A DNA stretch of 31,656 bases, taken from positions 1-31,656 of IMG/VR virus record IMGVR_UViG_3300013004_005122. One strand, given 5' to 3'. Source of the DNA: a virus (taxonomy: Duplodnaviria > Caudoviricetes). The position numbers and the translations under genes are program-made. The notes beneath the pieces are model-generated. The model did no database searches and had not been told where the DNA came from. It was given only the letters and a program-made list of their open reading frames with translations. This document shows positions 1 to 8,553 of the stretch, piece after piece (position 1 is the stretch's first letter; every line of letters begins with the position of its first letter).

Positions 1-198
1 GGTATTGTTGTTCAAAGTGGAGCTACATATACACTAGAAGATGGTACTAAGCTTGGATATTATCGTAATTTTAGAAAAGACATTGATTTGTGGGAAAAAA
101 CTATTATACCGCTCTTAGAAGTAAAAATTAAGAAAAACTGGTCTTACTCTAATGATGAAGTAACAGTACCTGATGAAGTATTAGAGGATATTAATTAA
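1..198 (+). CDS. uvsX: C-terminal fragment of UvsX/RecA-like recombinase (partial at window edge)
   Basis: Frame 1 is open to TAA at 196-198 and reads GIVVQSGATYTLEDGTKLGYYRNF...DEVLEDIN. This resembles the RecA C-terminal G-x-x-x-x-x-G-A-W-Y...K-x-G segment with an acidic tail. It lies upstream of a gp41-like helicase, as uvsX does in T4. Confidence 0.7.
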   Translation, partial: GIVVQSGATYTLEDGTKLGYYRNFRKDIDLWEKTIIPLLEVKIKKNWSYSNDEVTVPDEVLEDIN

Positions 199-807
199 TT
201 TCTTTATATCTCTAAACTTAACAGTGTTATAAGTTAAAAGCGCGCGATCTCTAAAGATATCATAGGTAATGTTCATCATATCTATGATATCTTTTAATTT
301 ATAATTAGATAATACATATTGCTCAAATACTATTTGATCAAATACTGCTTTTCGCTTACCAGCAGATATTTTAGCACACCAATCTGCTGTTCGTTCAATT
401 GTTTTAAATTTAATACTATTTTTCTCTCTACGTTCCGGTGTCCAACTAGCTTTCATATTAATAATAGATTGCTCAGATAACTTCCACGTCTTACCTTTTT
501 GTGATGGTGGCTGTACGCCCCCATCGTTAATATTAAACAAAATACCACCATCCATTTTCTTACCATACTGCTCGATAAGTAATTTTTCTTGTTCAAAAGC
601 TTCTGATTCAAGTAAATTATCATCCATAATAATAACAAAATCCTTACTTTTATAACCTTTATCGCGTATTGTATTGATTTTTATAGTTAGCCATTTATTA
701 TGATCGTGACCGGTAAACGCCCAAGCTCTAGAAGCTGTACCTTTACCGATATAAAACGGTTTACGAGTTTCAGGATCAATATACATATAAACATAATACT
801 TATTCAT
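181..807 (-). mobile_element. Free-standing GIY-YIG homing endonuclease with NUMOD3-like DNA-binding tail
   Basis: YYVY...PFYIGKG..SR motif, conserved E helix (ESEAFEQEKLLI), LFNINDGG, then short helical repeats (SEQSIINMK, TPERREKNS, TADWCAKIS). Antisense to its neighbours. Confidence 0.8.
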
Positions 808-812
808 ACTAG

Positions 813-820
813 TATTTATA
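813..820 (-). promoter_or_regulatory. T4-type late promoter TATAAATA
   Basis: + strand reads tatttata, 5 nt before the ATG at 807. Confidence 0.75.
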
Positions 821-863
821 GTAACCGACTTTATTATTAATAATAACCAACTTTTAAAAAATC

Positions 864-1613
864 ATGAGTAAAAAATTAGTTTTAGCATTTAGTGGAGGAG
901 CGGATAGTACAGTATTACTATACATGGCAGCAGCTCAAGGTTATAGTGAAATTCATACAGTAACATTTGATTACGGTCAGAGACATAGTAGGGAATTAGA
1001 GTGTATGGGGGTTCAGTATCAACTTATAAAGGAAAAATATCCTAATATTACTGTCACAAACAAGACATTAGATGTAACATATTTAAAAGATATCTCACCT
1101 ACCTCATCTCTTACTAATGAAGGGATTGATAACCCAGATATTAGTAAAATTGCAGGTGATGCGCAACCTGTATCATATGTACCGTTTAGAAATCAGATGT
1201 TTGTTACGATCTGCTGTGCTTATGCAGAGAGTCTAAAAGCAGATGAAGTGTGGTATGGTGCCGCACAAGTTGACTCTCTAGCCGGCTACTGGGACGGAGA
1301 TTTTTCGTTCGTTGACAAGATGAATGAACTAATATCACTTAACAGACAACATAGAATCCGCGTGGGAGCTCCATTGCTCTCCCTGTCAAAGGCTGATATC
1401 GTAAGGCAGGGTGTAGAATTAGGAGTAAACTTCGGAGACACATGGACATGTTATAGTAATAGAGAAGATGGTTTAGCAGATGCTACAACTCCAGCGAGTA
1501 GTTTAAGATTAGCTGGGTTTATTTCAGCAAATTACAGAGATCCCATTAAGTATCTGCAACAGGAAAAGCTTGACGGGATTTACGAAGCCAAAGGATGTAA
1601 TTACATTCCGTAA
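864..1613 (+). CDS. queC: QueC-like PP-loop ATPase (7-cyano-7-deazaguanine synthase family), Zn motif degenerate
   Basis: FSGGADST PP-loop, FDYGQRH..E, YVPFRN, APLLSLSKADIV, TWTCY. Confidence 0.9.
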   Translation: MSKKLVLAFSGGADSTVLLYMAAAQGYSEIHTVTFDYGQRHSRELECMGVQYQLIKEKYPNITVTNKTLDVTYLKDISPTSSLTNEGIDNPDISKIAGDAQPVSYVPFRNQMFVTICCAYAESLKADEVWYGAAQVDSLAGYWDGDFSFVDKMNELISLNRQHRIRVGAPLLSLSKADIVRQGVELGVNFGDTWTCYSNREDGLADATTPASSLRLAGFISANYRDPIKYLQQEKLDGIYEAKGCNYIP

Positions 1614-2707
1614 CTTTTTAATTCAGCTAACTGCTTAGAAGTTTGTGGTTTAAACTTGTCTCTAAAGCTTATTGATTCAACGATCGGCTTTGGAGATGAG
1701 TAAACTCTTTGTTCAGACATATAGTTAAGAACTGATCCCTCCGTCACTGTATTACTATTTTTTATATCGGGTATTTTGCCATTAGTATACCTCGGGGTAG
1801 ATATTCCAAACTCTTCTAATCTTTCTACTGTAGTAGTAAAACCTTCTTCATCTTCAGCTTCTTCTTCGTACCCCTCTTCTTCTTCTTGACCTATATTACC
1901 GTTCATATTAGGTTTAGCTTGTATATCAGGTGTATGAATAACAACACCAACACCACCGTATTTTTCTAGATCGTCTGAAATCTGTGACTCTACTTTTTCA
2001 GCACCAAGACGAGTTATAATTTTACCTAGTTTAGAATCTTTTGAGAATGTCGCATCTATACTTCTTCCTTCCACGTCTATATCAGACTCTTTAACGAACT
2101 GCTTGAGATAATTAACAATATTGTTAATATCGCCAAGATCACTACTTTTATCAGCAACAAGTTCGATCATATAGTCCTCGCTATATGACCCCTGTATTGA
2201 TCCAACCAAATCAGCATAGTTATCAACTACCTGACTAACAGCACTCATTGCAGCGGCGGTATCCTTTTTACGTTCGATACGAGCTACCTTCTTAGCAGCC
2301 TTAAGTTCTGTATTTAATTTATTAACTTCCATACGTTGCATTGCAGCATCCGTTCTGTTACCAGTTGTAAAGCTAATTTTATCTTCTAACTTATCTTTAA
2401 TATAATTCTGGATATCATCTTTACGAGCTTTAATAGCCTTTGCAATACCATTTTGCTCAAAATACGCAACTAATCTACTAACAGATGGGTCATTCTTAAA
2501 CATTCTTACAACGGAATCGTCAATAATATCAAGATCGTATAGAATAGTTAATAATGCTAACTTTCCCTCACGTGTGCTAGCAGATGCTCCCTTTGCTGCA
2601 GCTAATCCTCTTGCTTGTTTTTGAAAGCCAGGAATAAGTGTATCGAGCGGTGAAACAGCTTCGTTAATAAAAGATAATCTTGAGAGTAGATTAGTAAAAG
2701 AACTCAT
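1601..2707 (-). CDS. Hypothetical late protein, possibly a virion internal/head protein
   Basis: 368-aa ORF with its own TATAAATA box, helical and acidic stretches, and INE-A / VTE-G / IVE-S sites resembling T4-type prohead protease sites (inference). Confidence 0.6.
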   Translation of the reverse strand: MSSFTNLLSRLSFINEAVSPLDTLIPGFQKQARGLAAAKGASASTREGKLALLTILYDLDIIDDSVVRMFKNDPSVSRLVAYFEQNGIAKAIKARKDDIQNYIKDKLEDKISFTTGNRTDAAMQRMEVNKLNTELKAAKKVARIERKKDTAAAMSAVSQVVDNYADLVGSIQGSYSEDYMIELVADKSSDLGDINNIVNYLKQFVKESDIDVEGRSIDATFSKDSKLGKIITRLGAEKVESQISDDLEKYGGVGVVIHTPDIQAKPNMNGNIGQEEEEGYEEEAEDEEGFTTTVERLEEFGISTPRYTNGKIPDIKNSNTVTEGSVLNYMSEQRVYSSPKPIVESISFRDKFKPQTSKQLAELKSYGM

Positions 2708-2714
2708 ATATACT

Positions 2715-2722
2715 TATTTATA
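2715..2722 (-). promoter_or_regulatory. T4-type late promoter TATAAATA
   Basis: tatttata, 7 nt before the ATG at 2707. Confidence 0.75.
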
Positions 2723-2726
2723 GAAG

Positions 2727-3044
2727 ATGCAATTAAATTGGGAAGATTTTAACGAAATGTCTTATACGGGTATATGTAATCTACCCGGAATAGGTAAACG
2801 AGTAGCGGAACGTATTGTAGCAATGCAACCTTTTCGTTCGAACAACGACCTCTTTAAAATAAAAGGTCTTGGATCTAACACACTAAAAAACTTAGGTATT
2901 GAAAAAGTCAAAAAAGAACGTAAATCCTGGTATATGATGCCTGATGGTATTGAATATCCATCTTATGCATTAGCTAAAAATAACTTAACCGGTCAAATCG
3001 ATTTTTTCTGGAGAATGCCAAAGGAGAGACGAGATTATTTATAA
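2727..3044 (+). CDS. Helix-hairpin-helix (ComEA-like) DNA-binding protein
   Basis: Tandem HhH motifs LPGIGKRVAERIV and IKGLGSNTLKNL. Confidence 0.8.
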   Translation: MQLNWEDFNEMSYTGICNLPGIGKRVAERIVAMQPFRSNNDLFKIKGLGSNTLKNLGIEKVKKERKSWYMMPDGIEYPSYALAKNNLTGQIDFFWRMPKERRDYL

Positions 3045-3054
3045 TAAAATATAT

Positions 3055-3075
3055 ATGAAAGGAGTGAGAAGCTGA
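3055..3075 (+). other. 6-codon mini-ORF MKGVRS*, in frame with the downstream amidotransferase
   Basis: ATG AAA GGA GTG AGA AGC TGA, followed by CTT ATT TGC. TATAAT at 3040-3045 lies just upstream. Confidence 0.4.
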
Positions 3076-3078
3076 CTT

Positions 3079-3744
3079 ATTTGCGCAATCGTAGGATCTA
3101 ACAATGTATCAAAATTTGAAGTATTATACGATGGTAATCTACCTCGTGGTAATTTTGCTAGTGGAGTTCTCTGTCTGTATGATGGTAATGAGCAGCAAAT
3201 TATTAAAAAACAAGGTACACTCGATTTTAACCAAATTGAATTAGACGAGCGGTGTGACTATTATATAGGCCATGTACAAGCTCCAACATCTGCAGCTCGT
3301 TCTTGGTCATACGATACATCTCACCCGTTTGAATCGTTATCATGGTCTGTCGTACATAACGGTGTATTAACAAATCATAAAGAACTAAAAGCCCAATATA
3401 CACCTTGGGATGTGAATGAAGTGGATACGTCTGTTATTCCTAATCTTTTACAATTCTTTACTGAAGAGTGTAATGGTGAATGTTCAGCACCTGGTATTAT
3501 TAAAAAAGTACTGAGTAAGCTTAGAGGTACGTTTGCACTATGTATAATTGATACAGATTCGAACGATACTTATATTATAAGGCAGGGATCAGTATTACAC
3601 TATAATGATAATGGTGATATATCTACACTTGGAGGTGAAGGTTTCAGGTTATTACCGGAAGGTGTTATCATGATGCTTAAAGACTTTAAAACATGGACTC
3701 TCGTTGATACATTTGAAACTAACTCACCGTTTTTATTTTTATGA
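3079..3744 (+). CDS. Class II (Ntn) glutamine amidotransferase, stand-alone; probable ATT start
   Basis: The frame of the 3412 ORF extends upstream to ATT-TGC and reads (M)CAIVG...LPRG..ASG...IGHVQAPT...SHPF...VVHNGVLTN...VDTSVI...LRGTFAL, the full GATase-II motif set. An in-frame TGA lies at 3073-3075. Confidence 0.85.
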   Translation: MCAIVGSNNVSKFEVLYDGNLPRGNFASGVLCLYDGNEQQIIKKQGTLDFNQIELDERCDYYIGHVQAPTSAARSWSYDTSHPFESLSWSVVHNGVLTNHKELKAQYTPWDVNEVDTSVIPNLLQFFTEECNGECSAPGIIKKVLSKLRGTFALCIIDTDSNDTYIIRQGSVLHYNDNGDISTLGGEGFRLLPEGVIMMLKDFKTWTLVDTFETNSPFLFL

Positions 3745-4400
3745 AAAATACATTTTATTTTACAGCAACAAAAGGATCAAAGAAAGATACATTATTATAT
3801 AGTGATCGCTCTATGCGCAAGAAATTCTTCTTCAAGGAAAATAATACACAACCCCTACCTGTCATTTATAATAAGGCTATTGATTTCGCAATACAGGAAA
3901 AGGCAGAATATTTAATACTCTGTCATGATGATATTATTATTGAATCTGACCTATCATATAAATTACCTACACTGTTTAAACAGTTTGATTTAATCGGTGT
4001 AGCGGGTACAACAGAATGTAAACTAGAGGAACCAGCATTATGGCATTTAATGGGTGGCGGATTTGGTGGCGGAAAGCTTCACGGCGCTGTATCGCATGGT
4101 AATGAAAAACAAAAATCAATGACTGCTTTTGGACCTTACCCTCAACGGGTTGTTCTAATTGATGGTGTGTTTATGGCAATGAGTCGTAAAGTATTTGAGA
4201 AAGTTAGATTTGATGAATCTAACCCAGCCGGATTTCACCACTATGATTTGGATTTTTCTTTGAGCTGCCATAAGGAAAAATTAAAAATCGGCGTATCAGA
4301 TATCATGATTACTCATGCATCACCAGGATTAAGGGAATTCACTCCTGAGTTTAATGAGGGTCAAAAATGGTTCCTAAACAAGTGGAAAGGTAAACTGTGA
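3741..4400 (+). CDS. GT-A fold (GT2-like) glycosyltransferase
   Basis: YNKAI...YLILCHDDII (DxD-like), LIGVAG, LIDGVFMA, FDE..GFHHYDLDFSL, ITHASPG. ATGA-coupled to the amidotransferase. Confidence 0.8.
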   Translation: MKNTFYFTATKGSKKDTLLYSDRSMRKKFFFKENNTQPLPVIYNKAIDFAIQEKAEYLILCHDDIIIESDLSYKLPTLFKQFDLIGVAGTTECKLEEPALWHLMGGGFGGGKLHGAVSHGNEKQKSMTAFGPYPQRVVLIDGVFMAMSRKVFEKVRFDESNPAGFHHYDLDFSLSCHKEKLKIGVSDIMITHASPGLREFTPEFNEGQKWFLNKWKGKL

Positions 4401-4428
4401 TTGTAATTGTAGGGAACTATATTAGTAT
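4401..4428 (+). promoter_or_regulatory. Candidate sigma70-like promoter TTGTAA-N16-TAGTAT
   Basis: Ends 6 nt before the helicase GTG and has the same spacing as two other candidates. Confidence 0.35.
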
Positions 4429-4434
4429 TATATT

Positions 4435-5757
4435 GTGAGTAACCTTGACCTTGATAATGATTATTTCGAGAAGATACTTTGCTATCGTTCTTTGTGTGAC
4501 TCTACGTATTTAGCTTCTATTGTTGATTACGTTAAGCCTAAGTATTTTAAATCTAAAAATATTGCAAAAATATTTGAGATTATTAACGATTTTTATGCTA
4601 AACGTGAAAAGCTACCAACGCTAACCGAAGTTAAGACGTATCTTACTACAGAAGAGCATAAAGATTCATTTAAACAGCTTGTTGAGTCGTTTAAGGACAT
4701 TGATAAGAACATAGATAATAGTGAATTGTATGATAATACAGAGAGATTTATTAAAGAAAAATCTGTATACCATACAATGCTTGAAGTAGCGAGTGATATT
4801 GCTAAAGGTTCAATCGATACTTCAGATATTCTTAATAAATTTGAGACTTCATGTAATATTAACCTTGTAACCGATAGAGGTCTTGATTTGTATCGTGATG
4901 TAGATATTATTGTAGAAGATCTAACGAGTATTCAAAAAGCTATTCCTAGTACATGGGAGTGGTTCGATGATGCATTGAATGGCGGGTTTCAAGAGAATGG
5001 TCGTGCACTTTATGTATTTGCCGGTGAGACTAATATCGGTAAATCTATCTTTCTAGGTAATATTGCTACAAATATTGCTAATCAAGGAAAGAATGTACTT
5101 CTTATTACTTTAGAAATGTCAGAACTACTGTACGCTCGTCGTATTTGTACTAATGTTAGTAAGATTCCACTAAAAGAACTAGCAATTAACTCGCACTCAC
5201 TACGACAAGCACTAAAAGAACAAGAGGATGAAGGTAAAGGCCGTATTTTTATTAAAGAATTTCCCCCTAGTACAGTTACCCCTAATCAGTTAAAGGCATT
5301 TATTAAAAAGATCGTTGATCAAGGTATTAAGATTGATGCTATTGTATTAGATTATCTCAATCTACTACATTCTACTGTAGGTTCTAACTCATACGAACGC
5401 ATTAAAAATGTTACTGAGCAAGTTCGTGCTATGACTTATGTGTTTAATTGTCCGATTATATCTGCAACTCAGTTAAATCGATCTGGCTTTAGTTCTGCTA
5501 ACCCAGATCTTACTACGATCTCTGAATCTGTTGGTCTAGCAGCTACTGCTGATGTTATTGTATCGATTTATCAGAACGAAGAAGATAGAGAACTAGGTAT
5601 TATTCGATTAGGTATGATGAAGAATAGGTATGGACCAAGAGGTCATACTCAAGCTATGAGAATCGATTATACTACACTTACTATTACGCAAGCAGAAGAT
5701 AGTATTAGTTCTACAGAAGACAGCTCGTATAATATGCTACAATCCTTTGGAAGTTGA
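4435..5757 (+). CDS. DnaB-like replicative helicase (T4 gp41-like)
   Basis: Walker A AGETNIGKS, ITLEMSE, IKEFPP, Walker B IVLDYLNL, SATQLNRSG, SESVGLAATAD, KNRYG. Confidence 0.93.
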   Translation: MSNLDLDNDYFEKILCYRSLCDSTYLASIVDYVKPKYFKSKNIAKIFEIINDFYAKREKLPTLTEVKTYLTTEEHKDSFKQLVESFKDIDKNIDNSELYDNTERFIKEKSVYHTMLEVASDIAKGSIDTSDILNKFETSCNINLVTDRGLDLYRDVDIIVEDLTSIQKAIPSTWEWFDDALNGGFQENGRALYVFAGETNIGKSIFLGNIATNIANQGKNVLLITLEMSELLYARRICTNVSKIPLKELAINSHSLRQALKEQEDEGKGRIFIKEFPPSTVTPNQLKAFIKKIVDQGIKIDAIVLDYLNLLHSTVGSNSYERIKNVTEQVRAMTYVFNCPIISATQLNRSGFSSANPDLTTISESVGLAATADVIVSIYQNEEDRELGIIRLGMMKNRYGPRGHTQAMRIDYTTLTITQAEDSISSTEDSSYNMLQSFGS

Positions 5758-5773
5758 TTATGTAGCAACTATT

Positions 5774-5781
5774 TGTAAATA
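5774..5781 (+). promoter_or_regulatory. Late-promoter-like TGTAAATA
   Basis: 6 nt before the GTG at 5788. Confidence 0.45.
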
Positions 5782-5787
5782 CGAGTA

Positions 5788-6225
5788 GTGAAACCAGCTA
5801 CTTGTAACGACAACCTTAAGGCTAGTATTAGTGCCTTTCGTGATGGTAAAAGAGATTTTGATGTTCAAGAACTTAACGATATTAAATTATATTTTTTAAA
5901 ATATAAAGATCAGCTAAATACTACACAATTCTTTAAAGGTGAATTGCAAGAATATCTTGTAATTAGCTGTTTTGCAGATGAGTTTCAAGAAGAGTTGCTT
6001 AATCACATGATTAAAAAGTTATGTGCAGCTATTGCTATTGTTGTATCAGTTAAAGATAAAGAAGTATTAATTAAAACAAATAAAACAGTTTGTAATGTTA
6101 ATTTGTGTAAATTATCTCAACTATTATGTGATGGTAATTGTATCGACGAAAGCAAAGAAATTGCTCAAGGTAAACTTACAGAAAAGTTTCTTAAATTTAC
6201 AACTAAATTAACACCATGCATTTAA
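5788..6225 (+). CDS. Hypothetical protein, possibly a degenerate DHHA1-like domain
   Basis: C-terminal pattern IAIVV...VLIK...VNLCKLSQLLCDG...IAQG recalls DHHA1 but lacks the GGGH motif. Confidence 0.45.
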   Translation: MKPATCNDNLKASISAFRDGKRDFDVQELNDIKLYFLKYKDQLNTTQFFKGELQEYLVISCFADEFQEELLNHMIKKLCAAIAIVVSVKDKEVLIKTNKTVCNVNLCKLSQLLCDGNCIDESKEIAQGKLTEKFLKFTTKLTPCI

Positions 6226-6509
6226 CACCTGTTGTAAATCCTTCACAGAGTATTATAGATAGAGAAAGTGAACATATATTACTCTCTTTTTGTTCGTTTT
6301 GTACACTCTTGAAAGGTAAAAAATTATCTTTTCAAAATGTGTTTATACTCGCTTTACAGGATGAAAAATTGAGAAGTATATTAAAAGACCTTTTAGGAGT
6401 TGATTCTAACTACGAAATCGTTAAACTATTTTTAGAATATGATCCTACGATCACTAAAAGTAAGTATATAACGAAATGGCTTAATTCTAACCAGAAGATA
6501 GATTTATAA
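6216..6509 (+). CDS. Hypothetical protein
   Basis: 97-aa ORF packed within the operon. Confidence 0.65.
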   Translation: MHLTPVVNPSQSIIDRESEHILLSFCSFCTLLKGKKLSFQNVFILALQDEKLRSILKDLLGVDSNYEIVKLFLEYDPTITKSKYITKWLNSNQKIDL

Positions 6510-6521
6510 TAACGCTAGACT

Positions 6522-7184
6522 ATGTCTCTAACTGAATTAGAAAAACAAATTTATAACGCATATTTAATTGCGAGTAGAACAGCAAAAGATAAGCCCTTTA
6601 AATTAAGGCAAGATTTTACTAAGATTGACGATAAGACTTATATTATTCTTAAGAAACTATCCTTACTATTTCAAAGTAATAGAAATGTAATTATATCAGA
6701 TTTTTTTAAAGCACCGTATCAGTATTATGGTGATAATGAATACTTCGATCTACAATATTTTACAACGCCGAAAGCTATTAAGTGCTATGCGTTATATAAA
6801 AGAAACCAAGAAACATCTTCTCCGGATAGTGAAGACAATATTATAAAATGTAAGCAATGCTGTACATTTATTATGCGTTATTGTGTTAAGAATAATTTAA
6901 CACTATCTGAATACAAGAGTATAAATAACGGTACAACACCTCTGGTGTTACAACACCTCCGTGATCATAGCATAAATTTTTATGTTATACACGGTCTTGA
7001 ATGTGACAGAATTATTAGACAAGTTGAACCAGATCTCTTAGAATTTTTTATTACTGATTTTAATAAACTGCTGAATGATACACGGATTAATTTCCAACAA
7101 TCTGCAAAATTAAAGGTAATGATAAGAGAATCTTTTCGACTTATTGAAGAATATCTGTTGAAAAATAAAAAAAGTGAGATATAA
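6522..7184 (+). CDS. Hypothetical protein, candidate gp59-like helicase loader
   Basis: Basic, aromatic-rich, 220 aa, directly upstream of the gp32-like gene as T4 gene 59 is. Function rests mainly on synteny and size. Confidence 0.5.
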   Translation: MSLTELEKQIYNAYLIASRTAKDKPFKLRQDFTKIDDKTYIILKKLSLLFQSNRNVIISDFFKAPYQYYGDNEYFDLQYFTTPKAIKCYALYKRNQETSSPDSEDNIIKCKQCCTFIMRYCVKNNLTLSEYKSINNGTTPLVLQHLRDHSINFYVIHGLECDRIIRQVEPDLLEFFITDFNKLLNDTRINFQQSAKLKVMIRESFRLIEEYLLKNKKSEI

Positions 7185-7185
7185 T
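7158..7185 (+). promoter_or_regulatory. Candidate sigma70-like promoter TTGAAA-N16-TATAAT for the SSB gene
   Basis: TTGAAA at 7158-7163 and TATAAT at 7180-7185. Confidence 0.55.
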
Positions 7186-7226
7186 AAAGTATAACCAAAA
7201 TTAAACTAACAACCAAAATATAAAAA

Positions 7227-8096
7227 ATGAGTTCATTCAATACATCAATGTTTCAATCCATCAAGGATGCACTAGTCAAAAATGAAGGTGAAGGTAGTAA
7301 TGCTACCTACAACGAAATCATGAAGACTACACCAGGCAATACCTATACTATTAGATTGTTGCCCTTCGCTAAGGATCCAAAAAATACGTTCTTCCATTAT
7401 TACAATCATGGATGGCCGTCATTTGCAACAGGTCAATACGTACAAACTCTATCGCCGATGACCTTCGGTGAACGTGATCCGATCGCTGAAGAACGCTTCA
7501 AGATTCTACGTGCAGGGTCAGAAGACGATAAAGAAAAAGTCAAAGCAATTAAACGTATTGAGAAGTATCTTGTTAACGTTTATGTTGTTGATGATTCACA
7601 GAATCCTGATAACAACGGCAAAGTTAAGATTCTTCGCTACGGTAAGCAACTTCATAAAATTATTATGGAGGCTATTGAGGGTGAGGATGCAGAAGAGTTC
7701 GGTCCACGAATTTTCGATCTTGGATCTACCGGTGTTAACTTTAAAGTTAAGTGTGAAAATCAAGGAGAGTTTCCTACCTATGTATCATCTCGATTTACTT
7801 CAGCAGGTAAACTTGCTCTTACAGAAGATGAGCAAAAGAAGATCTACGATAGCACTTTTGATCTTACAAAAGTCTTTAGTCTTAAGTCATATGATGAACT
7901 TAAAGCTATGCTTAATGAACATTACTACTGTAAGACGGAAGCCTCTGAACCCGAAGTAAATACTCAGCAAGCTAGAATTTCAACACCATCAACTCAAGAA
8001 GAAAAAAATGCAGATAATTCACCATTTAAGGCATCATCTCAATTTAATGATACTTCTATTGATGATGAAATCGACGAGCTTCTCAAGGACCTGTAA
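7227..8096 (+). CDS. Single-stranded DNA-binding protein (T4 gp32-like)
   Basis: IRLLP, HGW, NVYVVDD..NPDNNGKVKILRYGKQL, FDL..GVNFKVK, YVSSRF, acidic tail DDEIDELLKDL. Confidence 0.92.
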   Translation: MSSFNTSMFQSIKDALVKNEGEGSNATYNEIMKTTPGNTYTIRLLPFAKDPKNTFFHYYNHGWPSFATGQYVQTLSPMTFGERDPIAEERFKILRAGSEDDKEKVKAIKRIEKYLVNVYVVDDSQNPDNNGKVKILRYGKQLHKIIMEAIEGEDAEEFGPRIFDLGSTGVNFKVKCENQGEFPTYVSSRFTSAGKLALTEDEQKKIYDSTFDLTKVFSLKSYDELKAMLNEHYYCKTEASEPEVNTQQARISTPSTQEEKNADNSPFKASSQFNDTSIDDEIDELLKDL

Positions 8097-8097
8097 T

Positions 8098-8553
8098 ATG
8101 ACTGACGAAGAAAAACAAGCATTCTTAATGTTTGCGGGGACTATGCATGGCATTGCAAAGCAAACTGATCAGATGATTATGGGTCAGTCGGTTAACCTAA
8201 GACCTATTAGTACAGACATTCAAAATACGTTTGCGCAAGTGTTACAAGCACCTACACAGCGTGCAGAGATGCATCACCAAGCTCCGATAGAACAACCAAT
8301 TGAGCAACCATTGGTATACGAACAACCTATAATCCCACCACAATCCTTACCGATCAGTGAACCAATTGTTGGTGTTGAGCAGGCTGTTAAAGAGTTAAAA
8401 CATATTCAGCAAGCTATTAGACCTACAGAAGTAACAAATAATGTAGACATTATTGATGTTCTTAAGGAAATTAGCTTGAACTTAGCTAGAATCGCGACTA
8501 CACTTGAAAGCCATGGCGGACAAAAGAGAACTAAGAGTACTAAAGCAGCCTGA
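8098..8553 (+). CDS. Hypothetical protein with Gln/Pro-rich middle
   Basis: The likely start is the ATG at 8098, 1 nt after the SSB stop (MTDEEKQAF...), rather than 8008. Confidence 0.65.
   Translation: MTDEEKQAFLMFAGTMHGIAKQTDQMIMGQSVNLRPISTDIQNTFAQVLQAPTQRAEMHHQAPIEQPIEQPLVYEQPIIPPQSLPISEPIVGVEQAVKELKHIQQAIRPTEVTNNVDIIDVLKEISLNLARIATTLESHGGQKRTKSTKAA

Noticed and set aside
3412-3744. 110-aa ORF as a complete gene
   Set aside because: It is the C-terminal half of the amidotransferase, whose frame opens after the TGA at 3073-3075.
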